From Raillietiella orientalis (Eukaryota), in assembly GCA_036172245.1 (NCBI GenBank), contig JAYWIR010000001.1, positions 124,001-188,000 on the forward strand: a stretch of DNA of 64,000 nucleotides, given 5' to 3'. The notes beneath the pieces are model-generated. The model searched no databases. It was not told the origin of the DNA and was given only the letters and a program-made list of their open reading frames with translations. The position numbers and the translations under genes were made by a program. Numbering within the stretch: the first letter of the stretch is position 1; each line of letters begins with the position of its first letter. Below are positions 50,051 to 61,725 of this stretch, one piece after another.

Positions 50051-53000
50051 TCCTATCCCCGCCATTCCAGAATGTTCTGATCTGCGTCCCGGTCCAAGCT
50101 CCGCCTTAATGCGCATGGCCAAGGGAGCCGAGTAGGTGTGCTGAGGGGTGAGCAACAAGGTCGGGTCCTCTCTCTCCTTTGCAGTCCCCAACGGGTGTAG
50201 CGTTACGTCACGAGCCCGTGGATCATCGACGGTAGCGCACCGTGGACGGTCCCTTCGATCGGATGATTCATGCCGATTTTTTTTCTTTGCTTCCTCCTTT
50301 CTTTTCTTTTCCGCGGTGATCGAATTAAAGACGGTCGAATCGACGTGACCAATTGATTCCATTCGTGACTAACTTGACACGGCGAGCTCGCGAGCCATCT
50401 TTTTTTCCTCCGTCTCCGTATCATCCTTTTTTCATCTCCCCCTCCTCCTCACAGCGTTTGCTCGCCCTAGGAAGGAGGCTTTTCCGCCTCAGTCGCGGCG
50501 GAGAAGGTCCATGGTGGTGGTGCGTGTCACGGCAACCTTTGCCGCTAATTAGACGGTCCCCAGATTACTCGTAGAACAGGGCGAGGTTAGCAGTCGTTGC
50601 AAAGAGGCGAGAACGGGCGGGTGAATCCTTAGACTGACTCTGTGAAAACCTCAGGAACAATAGGTCAGTCGCAAGAGGCAGGAGACGGTGATTTAGATGT
50701 GGCAGACGCAACTCGTTAAAATAAGTGATCTGCTGGCAAATTACGGGCGCAGAAACTGCACCTGACCACGTCAGTGTTCCGTCGATTAGGAACGCAGTCT
50801 TGCATGTCTTTACCAGTATTTTTTTTTTTTTTTTGCTCCATAAGATTTGAACTTGACAAGTTGAGTACCTCCATGTGAATTTTTTTTAAAAAAAAGAAAG
50901 GAAAAAAAAAGTGAAGCAAAAGAAAAAAAACTGTCGCTCATCTCATTTGCAACTTGATTTTTTCTTTTTTTTTCGGGAAACTTTGAAAATGGGAAAGCCT
51001 TGTGGGGTTGCCTGGCAACGCCTTCAAACAAAGCGCGCGCGCTCTCTACGTAGTCTCGATTTCAGGCGGTGGAATAAATCTTGTTCGTTTGCTCGCAAGC
51101 CGCGTTCAACTAGGAGGATGGATGTAAGGGTTGGCTGTCTTGGTTTTTCGTGGTCCTGGGGCCGAGTTCGCTCTTCCGGACAAACGTGAAAAGTGAAGCA
51201 GAGAAAGAAAAGGAATAGAAAAATGCTGTGCGTCCCGCTGCAAAAACGCCTCCCCTTCCCAACGACAGGCAAGCAGATGCTCGGTGCGTGCTGTGCAGCG
51301 GTCTGCCCGTCACTTCCCGAAGAAATGTGCGTGTGCGTGCACAAGCAGCCAGCGAAACGGTCCAGCAGCGTCCAGCGTCCTTGATCTGGCGGCGGGGGAG
51401 CCCAGCAAGTCGTCGAGTCGCGGTCCCCGGCTTCCCTCGCGTCGTCTCACCTTTCTCCATTTGCGGGTCCATTGGATGTGCACCAAGCGGGAACGGAACG
51501 CTCTCTGTTTGCGAGCTGTCAGGTAGCAGAATGGTTTCAATGAATGATGCGTGATAAAGGGACGGGAGGGGGGGGGGGAGTCCCCGCGTATCTCCCCGAG
51601 TGATTCATGAGGGGAGTCCCAGAAGCGCTGGGATGAAGATGATTTCGACGGCCCTGTTTGTGCGGTTTCCGCTCGTCGGAGAATTCCGCTCTTCCTCAGC
51701 TGCTGTTGCAAGTCTCCCACCCCCTTCCCCCTTCTTTCGCGCCAACCGAAGGAAGCTGCATGCTTGGTGAGCCATCCATCTAGGGGGAATCGGGGAGGAA
51801 GCTGGAATGCGAAAACCGCTACGACAGGGCCGCAATCCGACCCCACGGAGGAGGGCGACTTCAAGGAGGGAGAAGGAGAAGGGTTCCCTCCGGATGCGGG
51901 TTATTGATGCGATCCTGTCCGGGATAAATCTCTTGTTTTTGATGAGTCATCACGGGTGTCACAATAAAAGCGACTTCGTCCTTTTTCATACATCCGGTGA
52001 CGGATCGCATCCGGGGCGCGGGGAGAGGCAGCGAGACAGTTTGTGGAGGAAACCGTGCGAAACAACCTGCGTCCCCTGGTGGTGGTGTTCGCAGCGCAGT
52101 CTCCCCGTCGCGAACACCAGAGACGAGAGAATTCATCCGTCGCCGCTCCCCTGTCCATCCGTCCGCACGCGGTCCAGGCGTCTCTCCAGGAGCACGGGGA
52201 GGAGAGCGGGGGGCGGGAAGGGGGAGAAGGAGGTCCGAACATCCGGAGCAGTGTTCACTCCGCTTTCCCTTTCCCCCATGGGCTCTTGCGGCGGCCGAGG
52301 CGAGGCGAGGGCTTCTGGTAGCAGGATTGCATCAAGCTGTCAAGCGCGTTAAGGTTTCCTTGTCAACTGGAGACAAGACTTCATGCTCGCTTGGATACTC
52401 GGCTTGAGTTATTATTACCCGTAGCTGTTTTTTTTTTACCGTCCTTTTTAGGCACGCACGCACGCACGCCGGAGCAACCTCCTCCCCTCTGGAGTGCCCG
52501 TTCTCTCGTAGTCTCCGATCGCTTCCGTCCGTGGGTCGCGGGCTCCCCGACGGCTCTCGCTCCCCTCTACCTGTCCGCCTGCCAGTGGCAAGACGGATAG
52601 ATATCTGCAGATACAGACGCGTGCCTGAGGAAACCCATTCGTATCTGTCCATCGACGGATCGATCGGTTTGCGTTTGAAGATTTGAAAACGAGAGGAGGG
52701 AGAGAAAGAAGAAGAAAAGAATGCGATAAGAACGCGCGCTTCCACAGTAGCCGCTCGCCCTCCCAAGGAAAGTCGTGGGGTCTCATCCCGTCCTGCCTCG
52801 CAGGCTTAAAAATAGGAAGCATCCGTCACCACCATTTTCTGCAGCGAGCTCGACGCAGCTCAGATGGCGAGAACCGTCTCTTTCTTGGCTCGCCTCCGCG
52901 CCTCCCTCGGTCCTTGCCTTCCCAGCTAAGGCGTCCGCCGACGCCTAAGCCGGGAAGGCTGGGGAGGGGGAGCGAAGCCCGAGACGCTGTTTTTTTTTTT

Positions 53001-53689
53001 GCCAGCCGATCTTCCGTGCGCCCCTCTGCGAGGAGGAGGCAACTACTCGACCGGTTCCGGTTGTGACTCCGAGAACTCCACCTCCTCTTCCCTTCATCCC
53101 CTTCCTCCTCCTTTCCTTCTCTTCCTCTTCCTCCTTTCCTTCCTTCCTTCCTTCTCCTCTTCCTCGAGCAGGAAGTCGACGTCTTCCTCACGGTAGTCTT
53201 CGAAGCGGAAGAGCGGCAAGGGGGCGGGCAGCTGGAACGCGAGCTCTCGTGCTTGGAAGGCTCGCGTAGGATTCTTCCGTTTCCGCGCCGAAGATTGCTG
53301 TGAGGGGATTTGCAGAAGCCACGCTCGAAACTCCTATGAACCTTCCTTAATCCGGAAGCATCACGCAGCCCCGGATGTGGGCGCCAGCCAAGCGGGTGCC
53401 TCGTGAAGCACCGGGGAACGAAGCTGCCGTCGGGGGCGTGCGTCCGATGGTGGATGGTGGAGCCAGTGGCGCTGTCAGCACCGCTGAAAAGTTTCATGGC
53501 AACAGAAATAACGTGCTATCTGCTTGTGGCTGAAGGCCAATACGTTTCTGTTTTTTCTTTTTCTCACAGGGGCTTCGTTGACACCAGGAGGAGGTGCGTC
53601 GCTACACGCAGATCCTTAGGCAAAAGGCTGCTGGCAGTTTTCTGCCGATCTCCTCGCGGGTCCGAGAAAGTTGTGGTGGCCCCCCTCGG

Positions 53690-54095
53690 AGGCCGTGCTG
53701 CTGCGATATCTGCGCGTGGCGCCAAGCGTCTCGGGTTCGAATTCCTCCAGGGGAACAGTAGACTCTGAGAAATGGGGAGGTACAGCACTGGTGGAAGCCG
53801 GACTCCCCGTTGAGTGGCCGGGATTGGAAGTCGACCCTCCAGGGTCCTTCCAGGAATCCAGGAGCACCGGTTCCGTCTTCCTTCGGGGTTCTCTTCAGAG
53901 AAGGAAACAAGGAGCGGTTGGTTTCCTTGTGGGCTCCCTACAGAGAAGAATTCAAGAGTAGACATTCAGACTCTTCCCGAGTCCCTCCGGAGACAGCCAG
54001 GGAGAAGGTTCCCTTGACTTGAAGAGTTATACCACACTCGGGTGACGTGGACAGTGTCAAAGAGCTTCGTGAGCCGCCCGTAAGGAGGTGAACTC
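53690..54095 (+). mobile_element. tRNA-derived SINE-like element, copy E
   Basis: GGGTTCGAATTCCTCCAGGGGAA..GCACTGGTGGAAGCCGGAC..GGAAGTCGACCCTCCAGGGTCCTTCCAGGAATC..ACTTGAAGAG..GGACAGTGTCAAAGAGCTTCGTGAGCC. Confidence 0.72.
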
Positions 54096-55199
54096 TTTTT
54101 CAGCACTTTGCGAGCCAAAAAAACAAAAAGAAAGTAGCGGTGTGGCCAAAACATCGCGATCGTGTGCACCATCGTACACGTCTGTGTCGCTTGTCCGAAC
54201 CAGAACGAAGACCAGGTTCCCTCTTGTGACTGGACAGAACTACGTCCACTCCAGGAGTGGTCCGTTGGCCGAGTGGGAGACTGGAAGCTTTTAAAAGAGA
54301 TCGTCCTTGAGAAATCTACGGACCGCAAATGCGGGCATCTGTGGGTTTGCCTGCTCCTTCGTCATGAGCAGTGTCTTGCTGGAGGTGGGAACTTGAACAC
54401 AATCTCCGGCTCGTATCCAAGGTGGAATTTCGTAGCAGGACGGCAGATTCTGCCACGCCACGTCTCCAACGCACTTTTTTTCTGGTGCCTCAGAGTGAGC
54501 TCAGCAACGCTCTACGGGATTCTTGCAGTGAATTCTTGCCAACAGCTCCCGCGGAAAGCAGAAGCTGCTCCGCTTCGCCCGTCGCACGGATTCCTGGAGC
54601 TGTTCTCTTGCCGGGAAAGGAAGAGGTGGGCTTTGCCGGTCCTCAACTCGCGAAATTCAGCATGCACCGAAGAGAATGCTCTCCATCTTTGGTACCATTC
54701 TTTATCTCGGCAGAATCGAGCGGTGCCGATCCTCAGCATGCGGCGGAACTGTCTCGGGAGCCAAATTTTCCGAACTGAAAGTTTCCTCCCCACTTTTTGT
54801 TTCATCACCATCATCATCTTCTTCCTCGGGAAAAGAAACGATTCGGAATTAATGGACACTCTCTGATGGACGGTTTTTTTAGAGATGGTCCGCTAGTGCC
54901 CGGCTAATCCCTCTGCTGGTGGGTGGCAGCCTCCCGATTTCTCCAGGAGGCGCATTCGAGATCGCACGCGGCACCCGAAGGAGCGACGTTCTGGAGTTTT
55001 CCGAGGACCTGCCTGAGATCTCCGGCTTTACCCCCAGTGGCGAGTGAGAACAGGGACCTCTTTTTTCGTTCGTCGCCAAGGCGAGGACGGGCGGGACGCT
55101 ACCCCTAGTAGCAGTTGGAGATTGTTGATGGCTGCTCTTGCTCGTTGGAGGTTACTCTTGCGGTCGAGAATGTGTGCGCGATCAGCTGTCCGGAGGGAA

Positions 55200-56250
55200 G
55201 CCATCAAGAGTGAAACTAAAGGATGGATGGACCGACCGTCTGCAAAAAGGCGCGTGTCCTGCGAGTGAGCAAACGCGATCTTCGGTTTCCTTGGCGAATG
55301 AGCTGCCTATGAGCTACACAGGAAAGAGGCGAAACTCAAGGCATCTCCTCGTGTGCGTCCTCAACATTCGGTATGTTTCCTTTTTGCCTGCTTCACATGC
55401 TTCCGTCTTTGCTGGAGCCACTTCGTTTTGGAAATGGTGCCCCTGAGCTCTTTTCATCCAAACGACATTTCTTGAAAGCTGCTTCAGCTGCTCGTAGGAG
55501 GGCTCTTGCTGGCCGCTTACATAGCGTCAGAGTACTCCTGCTTGCCTCTTCTCGAGCACCGCATGATTGTGTCTCCATGGTTACGCGGAGTTTCTCTTTG
55601 CCATCGCCTGACTCATACAGTTTTCCAGCTTTTGTCGCAGCAGCAGCGTGCTTGAGCAGTTCTCCAAGAGTCCGTCGCTTCATGCAGACCTTTTTTGGTG
55701 ACGTGGGTTTCCCCTTGGAACCGATCTCCTTGACAACCCCTCGTCTTCTCCTCCGGCTTGGATGTTCGTCCAACATCAACGGGACTGAAGGGCGCTCTCG
55801 ACGAGCAACGTTGCACGTGTTTCGTGCCGACCGAGTTTCCGTTTACTGGAGAGAAGGGTGGGGTTTTTCTTCGGGTTTCATTGAGTAGGACCCGGTTCAG
55901 GTGGCCGCAAGAAGATAGGACAGAGGGATCGATGAGAAGGACATGGAAGCAAGGGGTAGGGGCAGAGAAGCGGTCCTCCTTGATCTGGGATCGTGGAAGA
56001 ATTGCCAACAGTTGTGCCAGCCGACGGACAAAAGGCATCGCTCGCATTCGACAGCGTGGAGACAAATAAGTCGAGTTGGGGAAATATGATGCTGCCTTGG
56101 CACACCGCAAAGCCCAAGCATCAGCTTCCTCTACGCGTGCGAGCCTTGTAGGTTCTAAGATTCAAACACGGCTGAGCGGAACTCTACACCGCACGAGAGC
56201 AAGAATCTTCGATTGTCGAGGGGGAATACCTCCATTGAGGTTCCGCATTT
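55200..56250 (-). mobile_element. Possible Mutator-like (MULE) transposase remnant
   Basis: EADAWALRCAKAASYFPNSTYL (cf. DxxxALxxAxxxxFPxxxxxxCxxH) followed by KRRTLGELLKH. Very degenerate. Confidence 0.27.
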
Positions 56251-56539
56251 GGGATGGATGGAGAAGGCACTGGATGAAAGGTGAAAAAGCGACTAGAGAA
56301 AAGGAAGGAGCGAAATACGTTGGCCCCTCGGAGGCTCAGAAGCTTCCGGGAAGCCGTACTGAGAACTGGGAACGAGGAAGGAGTGGAAAAAAGGTCACGT
56401 GATCAGACCGCAGTTCATGTGAGACCCATCCGTATCCGAGGTCGCCGCAGTGCATGTAAGACCAGAGCGCTGCCACGTCTTGTATAGAAGGATGATTCTT
56501 GCACGAGAGCGGCTCCTGTCCTAGTGGAGTCTGCTACTC

Positions 56540-56720
56540 TCGTGCTTCCTCCTGGGTCCTCTTCCTCTTTTCACGCGTCCGCGGACAGCGAGTTGGATGC
56601 AGTGCAGGTTGCATCCGGAGAGTGGGAAGGGGAGGAGGAGGGAGGGGGAGGAAGCTCAGGGGACGTTTTCGTTGTTGCATCACTCTCCCTGAGCACTCGG
56701 GTGGCATGTGATGTCACACA
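56540..56720. repeat. ~180-bp direct repeat, copy 1
   Basis: TCGTGCTTCCTC..CATCCGGAGAGTGGGAAGGGGAGGAGGAGG..GAGCACTCGGGTGGCATGTGA recurs at 59080-59259. Confidence 0.9.
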
Positions 56721-59079
56721 ACTCTGCTCGGGGTCTGCAAAGGGGAGTGCACGTGGCAACGGAAGAGTACTGCTGCGGCGAAGAGGTGCTTCTCATCGGC
56801 AGTTGCTGCGGTGCGCCTACCCGTATTGTCGGGTCAGAAATATCCACGAGCTCTCCAGTCACTGCTACTCTGCTGAGGAAGATCCGCGCTGTGGGCAGGG
56901 ACGGTATGAGAAGGTTCCTCCAGCCAACATCTCCAAGACTTCCACTGCACTCGAGACGTACAGCTGCAGGAAGTTCTTTCTCAGGTGGATTCAAATGGGG
57001 TTGCTACTGCGGAGGCAGGAGTTTTCCGAAGTGCCATCGGAAGGGCAAAAAACGAACAAGCAGATGAGAGAGAAACAGGGGACTGGGAGTGAAACGATGC
57101 TCGAAGGGCTTTGGTGGATGCAAACTGCTGAATGGGGAAGATTCTGCACGAGCGGCTGAGACCACGTTCCGTGGTTTCAGAGAAGTGACAAACAAGAGGC
57201 ACCAGGAAAACAAAGGGAAGCCGAAGTGAGGAAATTCGCAGCTGGAAGCGGGAGGAAAAGGAGGAGGAGGGGGGGGGGGAATTTGCATTCGGTGACATTG
57301 ACGGATAGACGTCACCGCGGGCTTCAATCTTTAATCAGCGTCCAAAACTTAGGCTATACTGACGTGGTGGATGTTGCTCCACTGTTGCTATCCCTTTACT
57401 TTTCAAAAAACGAAAACCAACAGCGAGAAAAGAGGAAGAAAAAAAAAACTAGCTCATTTCTCGTTAGTCGGATCTGACTTCCTGTGAACCTTTACACGAA
57501 AGAAAAACACACAAAAAGCCATCTTCTGTAAGCACCCCTTACCTCCTGGTAGTCAAAGTATCCCTTTCTTTGGTAGGGGTCTCCATCCTTTTCCCTTCAG
57601 GAGCAGCGGGTATCCTCAGCAAACGACACCGAGTCACGCAGAGCACCTCGTTTATCTCTGCGAATCGAATCTCAGAGGAAAGGCAAGCTAAAAAAAGATA
57701 CCGCTCATTGTTGCCCCGCGTTCTCGTCTCCATGGCAGCGACGACGCGCGAAAACGCGATCCTCGCGAGGGGGACGAGCGCAACTGCGGAGCAGTGGCGA
57801 AAGCTGGTCGTCCTGCGTAGCTCTCGCGGAAGCGCCAGCGAGGCGAACGATCTGCAGCGAAGACGCGCCGGGCGGCGGACTGCGGCTGGCGGAACCGCGC
57901 CAGCCCCCGTGGGCAGCGCTCGCTGGGAAAGAACCAGGGGAAGACACCAACGCTGACGCTGGAAGAGGTTTCTCAAGAAGGTACGTTGTCTAACTTGCCT
58001 GTACGGCGCGTGGGAGAACTCCGGAAAAAGACGAGATTTTCCTCGCCTCCCGCTCCTCCCTTGCTCGCCACCCGAACGAGAGAGAGGGTAGGGGTGGGGT
58101 TCTCAAGGGAAAGCGAGGACGGCCCTGGAGGGAGCAGACCGTTCTTCCAGCAGCTGGATTCCCTCCCCCCCCCCTCCCCCTTCCCCCGCGATTCTGCATC
58201 CGCGAATACTCCTGTCGATGGCAGTCGGCTTTTTGTGCGCCTTCCTGCTCTCCCTTGTTGGACAAGAGGGCGCTTGGAGCTCAGGAGGAAACTTCCCGTT
58301 TCCGCGAGATTTCCAGGGAGACCTCGAGATCTTCAACGCTCGCTCGGGCATCCCGCTGTCTGAGCAGCAGCGGACGCTGACGCTGGCTGTTCCTGTCTCC
58401 GCCTTTCCTTGCTCTCCGCCGCACCCGTCGCCACCTTCGCCCGCACGCGCCCTGCCGAGCGTGCAAGGGTGCTGAAAACGCGTCCGCTGCCCTCCCTCGC
58501 CCTCTCAGCCCCCGCTGGAGGCGCGCGCCCCGCAACAACGCACGCCCCTTGCCGTTCACCCGCGCAACGGAAATCTCTCTTCCTCTCCGCCGTCCTTCCT
58601 CTACCCTTGGCAACCGTCCGGTGGGATCCACGGGCGGCCGGCAGATGAAGCAGTTCCTTTTTTTGGGCAGTGCGCATGTGACATGACCGCGACGCAATGG
58701 AACTCCGCCATGCGCCCCTGGCCACAAGGGCAGACGCACGTGGGATTTTCCCTGAACCCTTCAAGCCCGCCTCCCTTCCTTCCCTCGTGCAGCTGCTCTG
58801 TTGCTGAGCCCATCTTATTTTCTCTCGTGCGAAAGCGCTCACGATAGGGAACCCTTTCCTTCGACTTTCGTTGGAGGAATCGTGGGAGTTTTTTTTTTTT
58901 TTTCTACCCCTGCCCTCCCTTTTCGAAAACGGAGCATCTCCACCCTCAGAACAACGGAGGAAAGGGGTGGCGAAGCGAAAGAGGACAGACTAACATTTTC
59001 GAGGAACAGGGGTGTAGTGGGGGAGGCGGGAAAGGGGGCAAGAGGTGCAGGCGTTCGCTCGAGGGGCCCTTGTTCTTCC

Positions 59080-59259
59080 TCGTGCTTCCTCGTGGTCCCT
59101 CTTCCTCTTTTCACGTGTCCGCTGACAGCGAGTCGGACGCAGGGCAGGTTCCATCCGGAGAGTGGGAAGGGGAGGAGGAGGGGAGGGGAGGAAGCTCAGG
59201 GGGCGTTTTCGTTGTTGCGTCACTCCCCCCGAGCACTCGGGTGGCATGTGACGTCACAA
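59080..59259. repeat. ~180-bp direct repeat, copy 2
   Basis: Matches 56540-56720 with scattered substitutions. Confidence 0.9.
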
Positions 59260-60932
59260 GCCGCTGGGCGACGCTTGCGCTCTCTCTCTCGAGCGGCAGG
59301 TGCTCCGTTCGTCAGCATAAAAAAATTCGCTTTCCCTTTCCGAAGGGAGGATGCAGAGCTCCCAGCAGTGTGTGTGTATGTGTGGGGGGGGAGGGGGGGG
59401 GGGACGAACCAACGATCCGGCAGCATTAACCCCTCCGATCTTGTTTCCGGAGCGATCGTCTTCCTCCAAAGGTTCGTCGCCTTCGCCAGCGGTTAGAAGT
59501 AAGGACGAAAGAGGACGGATGGACCAGGGAGCGTTGCTCCTGCTGCTGACTCAGCCTCTCTTTGATGGAGGCAGCGGCTGTGGCGACTCGAGCCTCCGTG
59601 CAAGCAGCTCCTCTTCAGCAACCGTTCCCGTGGTGCTCGTGGGCGGCGCTCCGCCGTGCGTGGTGGCGCGTCCCTTGAAAGGGAGACGGTAGTTTTTGGA
59701 ATTGCCCTCCAGGAGCAGCGGTCCCTCTCCTCGAGCGCTCGAAGGAGCCACTTCTGCTGCTGCTGCTGCCGTTGTCCGCATCGGCGGCAGCAGCCGCTCT
59801 CTCCTCCCTTCGAGTTCCCCCTCGGAGGGGGGAGCGCGACAAGGAAGAGCGCGTGGGCCGGCCGGCGGACGCGTGGCGGCGTCAGCAAGGCGGAGGGGGG
59901 GAGCGGAACATCGGGCGGCGGCGACGGCGCGGTGTCCGAGCGCGTTCCTCACTCCGATGACCGGGCGGCGCACCGATGTTCTCGGGTCGCTCTCCCCCCT
60001 CTCGCGGGCGTATCGGATGTCTCCGGGCGGCTGAGCAGCAGCTCTTTTTTTCGCTCCTCCTCCGCCGCGGAGATTTTCAATGCCTCCTCCCCGCTCCTCC
60101 CTTCCGAAAAAGAAAGAAAAGGAAAAAAAAAAGGAATGATGAATGGCGCCCGCGCAGGAAGTACATGGTAAATCAAAGAAGGAAAAACGGTGGTGTCAGC
60201 AGTCGCAGAAGCCACGTCTTGCACGGGCGCGCGCGCGCGCGCACCGCCTCGCCTCGAGTACCGTAACGCCGCACCGCGGGTTCGCCAGTCTACCGGGGAT
60301 TCCGCTCGGGGCAGCACGTGTGTCGTCGTTCGTCGGCACGGCGCGCGCGCGTCCTGGCCGTCCGAGAGCAGCGGCGCGGGAAGCCTCCGCCCCAGTGGTT
60401 TTCCACCTCCACCCCCCCCTCCCTCCCCTTCCCTCCCGCCCCTTCTCCCCACCGCCGGACCCCCCTGCCCCGCGAAAGCGCGCATCCCCGCCTGAGAAGC
60501 ATGGAAAGGAGCGGCGGCGCTTGGTGGGTCTTCCGCGGCCGTTGAGGAAGTCAGGTTCGAGGTAGGACTCGGGAAAAATCGCCGGACGAATGGCCCCTCC
60601 TCTCCTTCTCTTGCTGCTGTCGGTGGTCCTCCCGCGGAGGAACATTTGGGGTGTGTGGAGGAGGGGGAGGAAGACATACTCCTCTGGAGTGACTTGTCGG
60701 CATCCGGCGCGCGTGCATGTGGGGGGATCCCCGGCGGTTGCTTGCGGTGACCATTCGAGGACCGCGGGCCTGGGCCGCTTCTGCTGGGCCCACAGTGCGC
60801 GCTCCCAGGATGTTCCAACGATGTTCTTCCTTCCTTTTTCCAGGATTCTGGGAGTCCCTCCCCATCTCTGCTTCCTGCCCCGTCCCTCTCGACGTCGCCG
60901 TCGTCGTGCTCGCCGCATCCTCCACGTCCTCC

Positions 60933-61005
60933 ATGACGACGTCGGCACTGCTGCTCCTGATCTGCTGCGGTTTCCTGGAAGTCTGCCTGGCGCTGAACGG
61001 CAAAG
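60933..61005 (+). CDS. Candidate first coding exon encoding a signal peptide (gene continues elsewhere)
   Basis: Strong acceptor TTCTTCCTTCCTTTTTCCAG at 60843 and strong donor AAAG|GTAAGA at 61005. Encodes MTTSALLLLICCGFLEVCLA-LNGK followed by a phase-1 intron. No downstream exon identified. Confidence 0.4.
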
Positions 61006-61725
61006 GTAAGAGAGCACGCCGCCGCAGGCGCTGCGGTCGGACGGGAGGGTCCGGTTGTGTCGGTGCGGGAGGGTGGCGCCACGCTGGTCCCACGGCGCGA
61101 CTTCCCTCCACCTCCCCACGTCCTCCCTTCCCTCCCACCCTCTTCGCCACTGCGACGTAGAGTCCAGAGGCCCTCGACCGGTGTCCGCTCGACTTGCGTC
61201 GGTCAGTAGCAAGCAGCGAGAAAGGACGGGGAGCCCAGCAAGAAATCGGGGTCAGGTGGAAGTCATCCCTAGCTTCTGCTCTCTTCCCCAGCGATCGACT
61301 TTTCTCCGCTCTTTCCTCGACTTGTTTCCATCCCCGGGTGAGATCAGCCTCTTCGGGGATCACGGCGAGGGCTGACCCTATTCCCCTCCACTTTTCCTAC
61401 TCCACCGCGTGATCCCGGAAGAGTTTCGAGAAACCGGTAGCGGAAGGAAGGGCACGGACCGCTCGGAAGGTCCTGGACGCGCGCATGACCTAAAAGGATT
61501 GCCACTTGTGTGCAGCCCCATTTCTCCGGTAACGCGAAGAACGGCGGGCGGAAATTCCCGACAGTTCCTCCGTCCTCGCGCCGGTATCTTCCAAGAGAGA
61601 GAGAGGTGCAGTGGAGGGACGCGGGGATGCACGCGGTCGTGGAATTGCGTAAAGGTCGGGAGGAAGTCCACGCGAGGTCACGCACTTCGTCCTGCGCGCG
61701 CGGGCGATGGCTTCGTCGTATACAG

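Noticed and set aside
54600..54720. QRWRAFSSVHAEFRELR as a hAT transposase TRW motif
   Set aside because: One weak motif with no other hAT landmarks.
59949..61363. Long overlapping minus-strand ORFs (377, 338 and 270 aa)
   Set aside because: Low-complexity, stop-poor GC-rich DNA open in several frames at once, with no domain.
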